A DNA stretch of 64,000 bases from Octopus bimaculoides (taxonomy: Eukaryota), in the NCBI RefSeq assembly GCF_001194135.2, contig NC_069008.1, positions 12,682,155 through 12,746,154 on the forward strand. The letters are read 5' to 3'. The notes under the pieces were generated by a model. That model saw only the letters and a program-made list of their open reading frames with translations. It had not been told where the DNA came from and ran no database searches. The translations under genes and the position numbers were made by a program. Positions 37,306 to 51,800 of the stretch are shown here, in pieces. Positions within the stretch are counted from its first letter, which is position 1. Each line of letters opens with the position of its first letter.

Positions 37306-39403
37306 ATCTTCTGCTGGAAAGTAAAACTGAAACCGGTCTGCCAGATTCATCACATGTTCTCTGATGACATTTCGTAGAGATCTAATAATGTCTTTGCCTG
37401 CATCGGCAATGATTGTTGCTAATTGATGAAACATGTCATAACAATCTCTTAGCATTAAACTCTTCCATGCTTCTAGCTTTCATTTCTGTTCATCGATCTT
37501 GTCTGCCATTGTAAAACACGAAGCCATCATGCCCTGCATGGAGGTGTTGAGATCATTAAAGATGACAAAGATATCAGCCAAATCGGCCAGCTTGGTTAAC
37601 CAATCTACATCTCTGAACAATTGCGACCAATTTGGATTTTTGTCCTGAAGAAACTCTGCAAACTCATTTCGTATTTCAAACACTCTTGACAGAACTTTCT
37701 CCCTCAATAACCAACGTACATCAGTATGCAATAGGAGCTGTTTATGATTAGCTCCCGTATTATCACATAATGCAGTGAATAGTCTCAAATTTAAAGCATT
37801 CACTTTTACATGGTTCACAATTTTTACAACATCACTGAGCACACTGCTTAGTTTTTTTGCAAGACCTTCTTGGTGAAGGAAGCAGAGCGTCGACTTGCAT
37901 TCTGGGGCAAGTGCCTTAATCTGGGTAACCACTCGTGAATACTGTCTTGCCATTGCGGCAGCTCCATCCAAACATGCACCTACGCAAAACTTGAAATCCA
38001 ACCCACATTTGTAAAGATGTAGTCATTCACAATCTTGATCACTTCAGAACTAGTTGTTTTTGTCGATAGTGAAGCAGAAAAAAACAAACTCTTCCTTCAA
38101 ATTACCTTCATGTTCAAAGCGCACATATACCATCAGAATTGCCTGATTAGCAAAGCCTGTACATTCATCAAGCTGCAAAGAAAAGTTAATTTAATCTGTC
38201 CTATGAACTGTATCTTTTATAGCTGGAAGAACTAAAGTCTCCCCAATTGTGTGTGGCTTACCAGTTTTTGCGATTCTCAAACTGATCAAGTAAGACACAC
38301 ACAAAGATTTTTCATTTACTTTGGTGTAACGTTGCATAACGCTCTGTCCTATCTTTAACTTGGTTAACATTTGCTCAAAAAAAATCAAGAGGCTTGTCTT
38401 TTAACTCGGAATGCTTAGTCTCAATATGGCGATGCAATTTGTTTGGACGCATGCTCTCGTTTGCAAGTTGTTCATAACAAATGATGGATCGTGGTCGTGG
38501 ATCTTCTTCAACACCACTCCATGTAAATCCCATTTTTAAGTACTCGTAATCATACTTTCTCAATACTTTTCTTCGCTTTGACTGGCTCAGTTTTGATTGA
38601 CTGGACCTTTCTTCGTTTCGATTCACTGAAGACTTGTCGTCATCAACTTCAACTGACTTTTTTAACCATTTATCCATAATATGAAGAACTGAGTAAATAC
38701 AAACAATTCTAATTTAGAAAAATAGACAATTTCAACTTAACGATAGATCTGACAGAATTAAAATACAACACTTGAGATCATGTGTCATTTTGTAATTAAT
38801 AATAAGCGTTGTTTCAATCGATGCACTGCTATTCAAACTGTTTATCAGATAGACTCTATTGATCCATCTACCGCCTAGCTGCTGTCTATTCCAATCATTT
38901 CATTGGCTAATTAATAGCCTCCTGGTGATCACTCCTATACATTTTTGAATAATTTATAAACTTATTAGTGAAATCCATACTGTCTTATTTATTAAAATTT
39001 TTTACTATTTATATTAAATGTGAAACAAAACGTTTTATAACTGTTTCAACGTCTCCATACCCTATGGGCAGGTATTAACTCTAATACAAAACCTTGAAGC
39101 AGTAACTGTTATCGGCTCGATCAGTGTTGTACTGCGCCTAGTTAAAGTTCTCTATAAATAGGTAAAAACAGACTTTTCCTTTTTACGATTACGTACGAAT
39201 AAATAACTCGAGAAAATGACCACCTCTGATTTGTTAAGTTCGTGAAAAAAGCCTACTGCTTGATAAAACAACCAGTCTGGTATTAAACACATGAGTTTTG
39301 AACTATCTCGATAGACAGCAGTTAATCAAAGCTAATGTGTAATTTTATAACTTTTTGCGACCCACTAGGATTCCGGTTGTGACTCACAGTTTGGGAGCCG
39401 CTG
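37306..39403 (-). mobile_element. hAT Buster/Charlie-type transposon, frameshifted, 3' end lost
   Basis: 5' TIR-like CAGCGGCTCCCAAACT at 39403, flanked by CTGTAGAC (NNNTANNN); ORF pieces RKYDYEYLKMGF...LANESMRPNKLHRH, RIAKTGKPHTIGETLV, DGAAAM, LLHTDVRWL. Confidence 0.9.
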
Positions 39404-39985
39404 GTCTACAGTGTCTGAACTTAGATATTCCCGACTTTCTCCTGGGAAGCTCCTGATCATATGTTCGTTTATGCTGTTGATATCATCATTGGTTGAAGCA
39501 ATAACAGCTTGTGAATATAACCATGACAGATTCGTATGCTCTTTGCCTAAACCATCAAAGACAAATTTGCACATTTCAGAAATAGAAGTTTCTTGGACAA
39601 ACTCAGGCTGGATTTGAATTGTTTTTGTTTTTTTTATGGGGTTCAATATACATACAGTTTCCAGCTCCAATGTCGCTTAGATAGGAAGCGAATGTCGCAT
39701 CAGAGGAATTGCGAATTCTCATGTTTATTGATAGTTTCAATTCTGTGATAGACTTCCAGATGTATGATGTCTTCAAGGTTGCGTTGAATATCTGAGGTCG
39801 ACTTCCATGCTTGACACCTGGAAGAATTTGCTTCCAGCTGCCAACAAACAGGACGCATATTCCTCCAAACAGATCGTTACACCTCCTGATGTTGTGAAAG
39901 GAATGATCCAAGCATTCAAATAGAAGTTTATCACCTTGGCTGACTTCTTTGACTATCAACAGGTCAGTCATCCTGAAGAGTTTTG
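39404..39985 (-). mobile_element. Helitron-type PIF1 helicase fragment
   Basis: AKLFRMTDLLIVKEVSQ...FGGICVLFVGSWKQILP...LSINMR and AVIASTNDDINSINEHMIRSFPGESREYLSSDTV, decayed PIF1 motifs. Confidence 0.85.
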
Positions 39986-40520
39986 CACTTGCATCCTGTT
40001 CAGATATTTGGGAAGTATGCCTCCCCATGTAGGTTGGCAGAAGTACTACTTCTTTAGTTTTCAGGGGGCTCACAGAGTACCCGCGGGCCATCTCCTCTAT
40101 GGCAAAATGCACCTCCACGGCACCATATGTCTTGCCCCTTGCAATATAAGTTATGTCTTTCCATATTGGGGCAAAACATTTTTCAATTTTTCCTTTTGAA
40201 AGTGCTTGAAGTGCTTGTTTTCTGTACAGTAGGTTTTAAACAAAATTGTTTTTCTCTCCGTATCTACAGTGTTGGAGGAAGGTGATATTTTCACATCACT
40301 GTCCTCCTCTTTCATTCTTTTGAAATATTCCTGTAGCATTCCTACAGAAATATCAATATTTTCTTTTGCCACTGTGGCAACTGCCAAAAATTTCTTCACA
40401 GTGTTGGCACTACTGCCAACATCAATATTACTCTTTTCAAGAGCACATATTTCTCTGATAATTTCAACCGACATACTCGGCCAAATTAATAACCAAAGAA
40501 CTAGAGAAAACACAAGAATG
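39986..40520 (-). mobile_element. Divergent member of the gag/ORF1-like family
   Basis: YGAVEVHFAIEEMARGYSVSPLKTKEVVLLPTYMGR parallels YG.IVVHFKT....K.DKVVLLPTYLGR of the 35 and 53 kb copies. Confidence 0.65.
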
Positions 40521-40814
40521 AAATAATTTAAATTCTCCTCAAGAACAGTTTAAAACAGTTCAAAAACCATTTCAATTCCTGCCCCTGCTGGGGGCAGAGC
40601 ACACAAATAAGTCTGCAAAGACTTTAAAACAGTTTGATTTTTTTTTAACAAAAAATATATACAATGCCACAATGTTACCATTATANNNNNNNNNNNNNNN
40701 NNNNNNNNNNNNNNNNNNNNNNNNNNNNNNNNNNNNNNNNNNNNNNNNNNNNNNNNNNNNNNNNNNNNNNNNNNNNNNNNNNNNNNNNNNNNNNNNNNNN
40801 NNNNNNNNNNNNNN

Positions 40815-40862
<48 letters not shown>

Positions 40863-41704
40863 TGTAACGGTTGAAAGATGTTAAAGTCAGAGGGTCACCA
40901 ATTGTAACGGTATCGAAATGTTAAAGTCGGAGATTACCAATTGTAATGATTAATTGTTAGTGTGTAGCGATGTGCTGCAGGATGCACAAGATGAACAATT
41001 CATGAAGTTTTTAAGAAATATTTTATTTTTGCTGTTACTTTAATAAATGCCATACCACGACGAGTAGGCCAGTGTAATCGTATAACACAGTTCTTAAAAC
41101 ATGCAAGGCAAAGAAAGTTAATTTTGGCCTGTATAGGTGTGTACACATTCTTGTAGTAGTCAACAGATAAAAAGATAGAGTAAGATTACCGAGAAAAGAG
41201 ATGAGAGCTAGTGATAGTTATAGCGTCGAGGGAAGTTGTGTCTCGTAGTTGGCTGGTTGTAAACTTCTTTCTCCCTCTGGTCATTTGTCTTTTAGGGGTT
41301 GCCTGCTTGTGACCATGGCTCTAGATGTCCAGTCGTCACCGACTGGTGACTAAGCTGTTGAGTCATCACCGACTGGTGACTAAGCTGTTGAGTCATCACC
41401 AACTGGTGACTAAACTAAATTTTGCTTGGGGGTCTCCTGTTTTTATAGCTATCTAGAAGGATACTGAGAACAAAGGATTTAGCTGGCGGTCTTGTTATCT
41501 CTATTCTAGCTTTTGGTGGAGTAGAAGAGGTCGGAAAGGGTCAAGTGTTGGAGACATTGTTTCGGCCTAGCTAAAGGCGTCTGGGAAATATCTAACTGCT
41601 GTCAGATCAAAACCATTGTTCTACCATGGGAAAAGTTCTGACGCAGTGTTAATTCAAATTTGGGTATAGTGGATTGAATTCACTTCATGCACGTAAAATC
41701 CCTA

Positions 41705-41709
<5 letters not shown>
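40863..41709 (-). repeat. LTR-like repeat flanked by (TA)n
   Basis: Shares TGTAACGGTT, GCCATACCACGACG.GTAGGCCAGTGTAAT, CTCCTGTTTTTATAGCTA and AATTTGGGTATAGTGGAT with 30777-31439; carries a 30-bp unit in about three copies at 41335-41410. Confidence 0.65.
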
Positions 41710-41753
<44 letters not shown>

Positions 41754-41899
41754 AAAACAAGGAGATAAGTAAAACTAACTCAGAATGGATAGTAGCAAGT
41801 ATTTGGACAATGAAGACTAATAAAGTTCTGTTGAATACAAGATAAATTCGTGATTTATTAAAACTATCTTTAACACTCAGAATTTTGAAATTGATACAG

Positions 41900-43330
<1,431 letters not shown>

Positions 43331-43407
43331 TAATAAAGAAACAACTGTATGAAATATAAGGGCTACTCAAAATACAAGAGTGAAAATTTTACTATATTTC
43401 TTTTGAG

Positions 43408-43625
43408 ATGAATGTGTCGGTGAACCTTTGCTTTTTGGCACACGACACAGCTCCTAGCCTATTCACAAGTGTCCTTGTTGATGTTGGGCCACACAGAATG
43501 GCTTGTTATCAGCCTCTGTGTGATGCGGACACCAGGATGTGCTAGGGAATGCAATGCAAAGAAAATGTGTCGATGTTTTCACGACACATAAGGATGTTCA
43601 TGGCCGGTGGAGGTGTTGTACCAAA
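43408..43625 (-). mobile_element. Gypsy integrase H2C2 zinc-binding fragment
   Basis: IFFALHSLAHPGVRITQRLITSHSVWPNINKDTCE*ARSCVVCQKAKVHRH. Confidence 0.85.
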
Positions 43626-43759
43626 TATAGCCTGTAGCAGAGGGTAACAGGAATTGCAGAAATTCCAGAGATAACAAATTTCGAAATTTTAATAGTCTTG
43701 CGTTATCTTGTTGATCATCTGCAATCCACTGGTGAATTCCAACACATGTATATATTCTA

Positions 43760-44082
43760 GCACTTGTGCTGGTGGCACGTTAGAAAATCATTCGAGCGAG
43801 GTCATTGCCAGTGCTGCTGGACTGGCTCCTGTGCAGGTGGCACGTAAAAAACTCCTTTTTGAGTGTGGCTGTTGCCAGTACCGTGTGACTGGCCCTCGTG
43901 CCGGTGGCACGTAAAAGCACCCACTACACTCTCGAGTGGTTGGCATTAGGAAGGGCATCCAGCTGTAGAAACTCTGCCAGATCAGATTGGAGCCTGGTGC
44001 AGCCTTCTGGCTTGCCAGTCCTCAGTCAAATCGTCCAACCCATGCTAGCATGGAAAGCGGACGTTAAACAATGATGATGATG
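43760..44082 (+). mobile_element. (GAT)n-tailed SINE/RTE-derived repeat
   Basis: Same body and GGACGTTAAACAATGATGATGATG tail as 23830-24165. Confidence 0.85.
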
Positions 44083-44129
44083 AACGAACAATATCTTGTG
44101 ACTGAAGTGTTTACCAATCTATTATTACA

Positions 44130-45220
44130 CATCCATTGGCAGAAAATAACTTTACATTACATTTCTATAAAATCATAGATCATAGTTTAGAGAATGGTGT
44201 ACAGTAAGTTCGTTGATTTATCTTGTTATTGATTAAACCTGAGTGTAGTTACAGATGTGTGTATTCCAAAAAAATTTCTTTCTTCATAACTTTATGAAAA
44301 ACACTTATTTCTTACTGAAATTTTCCAAGAATACATTGTAGATGGTACAGATTATAGTTATATCAGAATTTGTTGTGAAAACTTCTTCTGAAAGAGTTTC
44401 GTTCATTCCCACTGCGTGGCACTTTGGGCTGAGCAAAGCCTTGTGAGTGGATTTGGTAGACGGAAACTGAAAGAAGCCCGTTGTATATATATATATGTAT
44501 GTATGTATGTGTGTGTACATGTTTGTGTGTCTGTGTTTGTTCCCCCAACATCGCTTGACAACCGATGGTGGTGTGTTTACGTCCCCGTAACTTAGCGGTT
44601 CGGCATAAGAGACCGATAAAATAAGTACTAGGCTTACAAAGAATATGTCCTGGGGTCGATTTGCTTGACTAAAAAGGCGATGCTCCAGCATGGCTGCAGT
44701 CAAATGACTGAAACAAGTAAAAGAGTATTTGTTTGCTATTAACTTTCTGGTTTCACTCAATTATGTGGGAATTTGATGTGAAAACAAAATTTGGGGGTGG
44801 GGTCGGATAATTCACAAACCTCAACCAGGTTTCTACATACAGTTTGATGAAATGTGTGAATTATCACCACTCTTCTGTTTTCTCTGCACACATGAAATTC
44901 CAATGTACACCACCTGAAAGGTATTTGTTGAAAATTTTATTTAAAAATATATATTTTGCACACACGTGTAATTAATATCAACGTCTAACTAGTAATATCA
45001 AAACGTTTTACATTACTCATGTCCATCTAGTTTTACTAAAATATCTGTATTATTATATCTTAACTGTTATGCTGCATAAAAATGTGTTTATAGTAAAATA
45101 GCTTTAATTACAAATGTTTGTTCTGTGGTGCCATCCAACCCAAACTTTTGCAACAGAAATTATAAAAACTCAGCAACACAAGCAATGAAATGAAATTCGT
45201 ATCAGTTTATAAGCTCCTAC
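44130..45220 (-). promoter_or_regulatory. Conserved ZNF 5' cassette copy 4 (donor mutated to TT at 45063), interrupted by a SINE at about 44410-44725
   Basis: Minus strand AGCTTATAAAC...TTTTATAATTTCTGTTG...GCATAACAG|TTAAGATATAATAATACAG. Confidence 0.6.
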
Positions 45221-48200
45221 AAAAATAAATGTATATTATTTCTTAGAATATGCAAGAAGTTACTGTGAAATGTACTGGAATTATGAAAACTTTATTTAAA
45301 ACACAAAAATTACAAAAACAATGGAATTCTGTAAATCTCTGCACCTACAACATCTGGTTGACTTAGTACTGTTATGGAAGGTGCAATAATTTGGTGCCAA
45401 CATTCTGAATGCATTTCTGAAGAAGAAGAACAACAAAGTATCGACCTTGCTTTAAATGAGTTCAACGAACAAGAAGAGGTATCATTCTCACTGTAAACGT
45501 ATTTCTCAAAAGTAATTATACAGACGAAGAATGAGAAAGATGTCAATGTCCACAGGTTTTAGTATGTTTCTTTTGTTCTGTATTGATGCTTTAAATTTTG
45601 CTGTGAAAGTTTAATTCCAATTGAATGACACCATGAAATATATAGTTTAGCCACAATAAACATAAGTTGAGGATGGGAAACACAAACAATAAATTTGTGG
45701 AGAAATATCCTTTATTCTTTACTTCTTTCAGTCATTAGACTGTGGCCATGCTGGGGCACCGCTTTTACTATATTATAAATATTTTAGCTAGCAGTGGCTT
45801 GGTAATAATTTATTTCATTGTATAATGCAACTAGTATTTTATTGTATAATGCAACTAGTATTAAAATATCTAGCTTTCATTATATTTAGTGAAGTTTATT
45901 GGTGCATGAAGGTGTAAATCAATATAGAAAATTGTACATTTATTGAAGTGGGAAAACACAGATTGCTGAAATATTAAACTGTTCATATAAAATAGTTCAC
46001 ACATCATCTCTATGAAAAACAACATGTATGCTATTGTTAACATATATAATGAGTGAAAGATTTAAAAGCTAATAAAAAAAATACATATTACAATCAGAAA
46101 AAATATTAAACAAAGAGCAATATTGCTCCATTTTTATCTTAATGTTAAGTCTTACTTTTAATATCTGCCTCAATCTAGGGAAAGATGAAGAGTTTCGTTT
46201 ATTTTGATAAATTCAATTTTTCTTATCATACCAACCTCTCTAATACTGTTATAATAACAGCATGACTGCCATCATCTGATAAGTAATGGAAAAAATTATA
46301 AACATCTATCTCATTTACATCCTGCAATGCACCTCCTTCCTCTGTCGTCATATTACAGTTTGGTTGGAACAGATGTATCAGAATTACACTTAAACTTCAC
46401 ACACTGCTTTTCCTCCTATCATTCTCTCAAGTCTGGACTGAGAAATTCTTGGTTAAGGTTTTGTGTTTCATAATGGGAAATAAGTTAACAGATCTGCATG
46501 TGTAGAAATTTCTATGGAGACACATTTCCCATTAAGTGTATGTTTAAACAGCTTAGTGATTTATTTCATTCATGATAACATAAGAACAAATGTTAGTTGT
46601 ATTTCAACATTGCAAAATAACATATCTCCTCTTAAAAGTGAAAGTAAATTGCTCTGGAATTGATGATAGTGAAATTCTAGAATTTTATTAGACACAGATA
46701 CCTAGTTATATAGTTTCTTCTGGCATGAGCATTTCTGAAATAGCAGCTGAGGTAATATACTCATCAACAAACTGCTTTGAAAATTCATGCAGACACATCT
46801 CATATCCAATGGATGACCTTCCTGTGTTAATTTAGGTTAAATGTATAGTAGTGAAGTTGTGACCCACTCTTTGAATTCTTTTGATCTAATGATGAGAGCA
46901 TCCATATAGAAGGATGGTGGATGCTCATCAAGAAGAAATTCAAGTGACAATGCTAAATGAGAATTTTTTAATTTATATTGTATTTGTATGAACATAGGTG
47001 AAAAAGCTACATTCTATGCTCCTTGAACATGTTATATAAATGTGATGAAATTAGGAATTCTGTCGTCCCTTCTGGTATCGATCACAATTTACTTTCACTT
47101 TTTTACTACACTAAACCACATATTAACCTATACTTTAGTTATGGACAAAAGGGACATTGATGTTAGACAACATTACACACAGGTTTTCCAGATTCACCAG
47201 TTCAAAATTTTGAAAGCCCTAATTCAATAGCTGAAGGGCACTAAATAAAAATGAAAAGTACCAAAAAGAAAGCACCTCAGCAAAAAAAAAAAAAAAAAAA
47301 ACTTTATAAATGGGTGTAAATATTAAAAGATTTATATTTAAAATTTCAATTTTAATTAAATTAAAGTGAAATTAACATCATTACTTTTATTTTTACTCCA
47401 TAATATTTTCAAACATTTCCTGATCAATTTGTCTTTGGTGTTCAAGTTTCAGTTCGACATGATTTGTAAGCTTGTGTAGCAATACTCAACATTTGAAACC
47501 TTGTCATTTCATTAACGGGCAGAAACCACAACATATTAACTTTTCATATTTGGCAGTGGCTATTCTTATTAGTGACTTTGGCGCATACTTCAGCTAATCA
47601 TTCTTCTTGTGCATTTGTGTAGTATAAAGAAAATCCCATGTAGTCTCACACCAAATCATGGCTATAATTTGAAATGTGTAAAAGATACAATCACAGTGAT
47701 TGCAAGGAGAGCTCAGAAGCTCTGCAGAGGTTTTCTTAGTTATCTGGCAGCTTTGCTGTTCTGACCTTGTGTTAAAAGATCAACTCTTGTTAAGCACACA
47801 GTCTTGCTTCACACCGGGCACAAACAGATAACATTCTTACTTCTGTTATTGAAATCTAAATATGATTTGGTTCAACCCGTGAGCATTTAATCCAGATATA
47901 TCAGGTCAAAATATTCCACCTGTTTTGTGGCCAGATCCAGTCTCTCAAACCGATCCTACAATGTCAGTCTAAACAATCAACATCATTGAAATATCAAAGC
48001 TACAAGATAATGCATGATTAATTCAAAACAATGTGAATGAATAATCATTACATTATGCTGAATAATCTGAATGCTAAAGGGTTAATATAGGAGCAACACA
48101 CAAGCAGACTGTATTATCCAGTGCCCAGCTTACCAAGTCCACACTGGTGAACAATCCAAAACCTGCAAAACCATACTGGCGACTACGACTGCAGCTAAAC

Positions 48201-49114
48201 CACCACCACCACAAGCTGATGATCGAACACCACCACTCTGGTAACATCTGACAGTCAACACAAAATTGGTATTCTCTGCACATCTGTAAATTTGTTACCA
48301 GATCACTATCAATGGCAGCTAATACGGAGACCGATGTTTTTTGTCCATAATAATACAGTAGAGCATCCTTTGAAAACCACAAATTCTGAACCATACCATG
48401 GTTTACAAGCAACATCCAGAAACATGATCTTTGACATTGAAAGAAAATGAGAGACAGCATCGATAGGCTTAAGAAAGCCTTTATGGAATCATTACCTGCT
48501 TACAAACAGTTATTTCCACCATTAAACAACTACACAACCAGAATATAAACACTGCTCTTTTTGTCATAAAACTTCCATTACTACAGAAATGGCTGTAAAG
48601 TAGAATGGCCAGACCAATATGCACAAATATACTATATAATTCCCTTTGAACTTTCAGAGACATTACATGAACTTATTATCTTTCTTCACATTTCTGCACC
48701 GATTTTGCATTCATGAACTCTTTGAATATGGACAATTCATTTTATTTACCTTCTTCAGTTGCATGCTTTATTGCTCTTGTATTTTCTATTTTAATTCTTT
48801 GCCTTGTTTACTGTATTGCCAAATAATCCAGTTCCCTGCTAACCAAGTCCGTACATCCATGGATCCAATTTCCTTTAACAGTTTGCTAGCTATTCTCAAC
48901 CATAACAACATTTACCACTTTGTTTTTATGTCTGTATTTGATGATCAAAATTGCTCTTAGTGCTTCTACGCTTAGAGGGTTATCCTCATTTGAGTTCATA
49001 AAATTCATGTGGCTAAATACACTCCTCATATCAACATTTGTATGTCATAAAATAGGAAGTTTTATTCTTTCCAATACGAATCAATTTTTGTCAGAATCTC
49101 TGAATCTTTATTAA

Positions 49115-49334
49115 CTCTTTAACATTTAAACGGGCCATATCTACCCCAATATATTCTACCTATTTTATGCTCAAACTGACCAGATCCAGCCTATCACACC
49201 TATCCTAAAATGTCATTCAAAAAATAAGCAATCATATTACCAAAATCTCGAAGCTGCAAGATAATGGATGATGAATTCAAAATGATGTGAATAAATAAGC
49301 ATTAATTTAACAGAGCAATCTGAATGCTAAAGGG
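49115..49334. mobile_element. piggyBac-type MITE
   Basis: Flanked by TTAA (49111-49114, 49335-49338); ends CTCTTTAACATT and AATGCTAAAGGG; related copies at about 10440 and 47885-48085. Confidence 0.7.
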
Positions 49335-51440
49335 TTAAAAATGCAAAGCATCTTAACGATTCAGGTTCTGTTGGTTTGAGACATTCTGTTACACTAAATT
49401 GATTATGAAAGACAAAAATTATCTGTTTGGTTTGTTCCCAAATTTCCACTGCAAATTTTATGCGTTGTCCTCTTGTCTAATTTTCTTGTTGCTCAATAAA
49501 TTTACACTCTGAGATTCTATTCACAAATTGATAACCAAAAAATGGTTTTAGGTCTTTCCTGGCATTATAATTAACAAACTGAGTAAATTAATGAGATGCT
49601 GAAGATTATTCAATAATTTAGTGGGTTTTTGTGTTTCTGCTTAAAATTTTTTGTCAACTCTTTGAACTTCAGAAATGATTTGCTTTAAAAAGAGGTGAAA
49701 AACATAGTTTGTCAGACTACATTAAATATATGACTTCAGCTGCATAGTAATGTTCTTCGCTTCTTGCAATTTCCAAATGAGTTTTTCAATTCATCCTACT
49801 GCTGCAAACATTGTTACCACTGCAGGTTCAATTAACATCTATGTTGTCCCACTAGGTTGATTTCTTTAATTTATTGTGACAAAAAAAGTTCATATTTTGC
49901 TTGCCGTACTGATGAATATGAAAACCAGATGTATGTTTCTTTTTATCGTGAAATCCAAATTTCTTGACAAATATTCAGCTGCAGCACACATGACACAGCA
50001 AGATGGAGAGAATGACAAACACTTAGGTATCGGATGAGGAATTTCTCTTGTTGATATAGCATACACATTTAAGGCAGCAAGCTGCCAGAAACGTCAGCAC
50101 ACCAAGCGAAATGCTTAGCGACATTTCATCTGTCTTTATGCTCTGAGTTCAAATACCGCCAAGGTCAACTTTGCCTTTCATCGTTTTGGGATGAATAAAA
50201 TAAGTACCAGTTGAACACTGGGGTTGATGTAATCGACTTAGCTCGTCCCCTGAAATTGCTGGCCTTGTGCAAAAAAAAAATTTGAAACCAATATAATATA
50301 TACATAATTGTTTGCACTGGTCGTGACTGAAGCCTTGACAGCAACTAAAGTAATCGCGTTTGCCAAACAAGGTTGTTGTTTTATTTATAACATTCTTTTA
50401 ATCTGTAGCTTATTGCATTCTTCTAAATCAACTAAATCAATATCATCATCATCATTATCATTTAACATCCGCTTTCCATGCTAGCATGGGTTGGACGATT
50501 TGACTGGGGACTGGCGAACCGGATGGCTACACCAGACTCCAATCCGATCTATGTTACAGTAATCTAACTTCTAAATAATATCTCATAACAATTCCCTATA
50601 GTTTGGTAACAGAAATATTTGTTGATTCATCATTAATTCAACTGTACTGTCTATCTGTTTACAGGTATTAAAAATACTTGTATGGAAGCCATGCTATGCC
50701 ACTGCAATAAAAAGTGGATCTTGTTTATCTTGATTAATCTCTGTTTAACTTTGGGACCCACCTAGAATGATGACATTTTTGACAGGCCAAACTATTCTGG
50801 GTTCAAAATCTAAAAACTGTGGACGTAAGTATGGGGATAAATGATTTGATTCTTGGTCATGAATCCATATGATAGCTCATTTATCACTGGGGTGAACCTT
50901 TAAGTTACAAGGAGGAGTATATAAGGGGTGGGTGAGTGAGAAGGTAATTTTGCCTGAGACTGAGAGGAGAGGAATGTAATGAGTGGTGAAGATGGAGAAA
51001 GAGATGGTGTTAGGAAGATGAGTGGTGGGGGAAAGATTTATCAGAGGCATACACATAAATGACATGCTTTTGGGGCTTCAATTTTTCTTAGATGGAAAGG
51101 TCTTCTCAAGCTCAGCAAACTGCTGTCTTGGTCCTTTGTCATCCCCCACCCCTTCAGTATTGAATGAGCATGGGTTTCCATCTAGAAAGTTCCCCTCCAA
51201 GGCACAACACTGGGCAAGATGGTTTATGGAAGACCAGCTATCACCCATGCATACCAGCTTCCCCCACTCTATGTCACAAGTTATGTCGATTTGATGGAAG
51301 GAGCGAGCTAATTTACAGCATAAACATTTGATCACATCACTATAAAAACAAATCATTTGTGCAGGTTGTTCGGCAAGATTATTGCATATTCATCATTGTT
51401 GACTATGACAAGAGAAATCTGTGTGTGTGTGTATGTTTGT

Positions 51441-51800
51441 ACAGGGTGTCCCAAAAAGATGTACTCACTCTTTGACAGACGATTACTAATGTATTGTTTT
51501 TTGTGATGTACGGGCTTACCTCGATGCAACAAATCCAAACAAATGGATTGGGAGGAGAGGTAGCGTTGAATTTCCAGCACATTCCCCAGACCTCACGCCA
51601 ATGGATTTTTTTTTATGGGGACATTTCAACGATAAGGTTTACGCTGCAAAACCAGTGACAATTGATGATATGAAAAATGAAATTTGAATACAATGTCTTG
51701 CAGTTCCAAATGAATTGTTTGGCAATGTTATTGAATCCATTGTTGGACATTATCAGCTTTGTTTGGAAAATGAAGGAAGGCAGTTTGAACATTTGTGAAC
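51441..51800 (+). mobile_element. Internally deleted IS630/Tc1/mariner element
   Basis: TA-CAGGGTGTCCC terminus, then WIGRRG.VEFPAHSPDLTPMDFFLWG...VYAAKPVTIDDMKNEI. Confidence 0.8.

Noticed and set aside
41335-41410. CRISPR-like palindromic repeats TCACCGACTGGTGACTAAGCTGTTGAGTCA
   Set aside because: Tandem 30-bp units with identical rather than unique spacers, inside an LTR-like repeat in eukaryotic DNA.
48074-48460. Possible transposase relic (MSKIMFLDVACKPWY in one minus frame)
   Set aside because: Only a faint resemblance to a mariner-like KVMFL..VARPR motif; too weak to call without a search.
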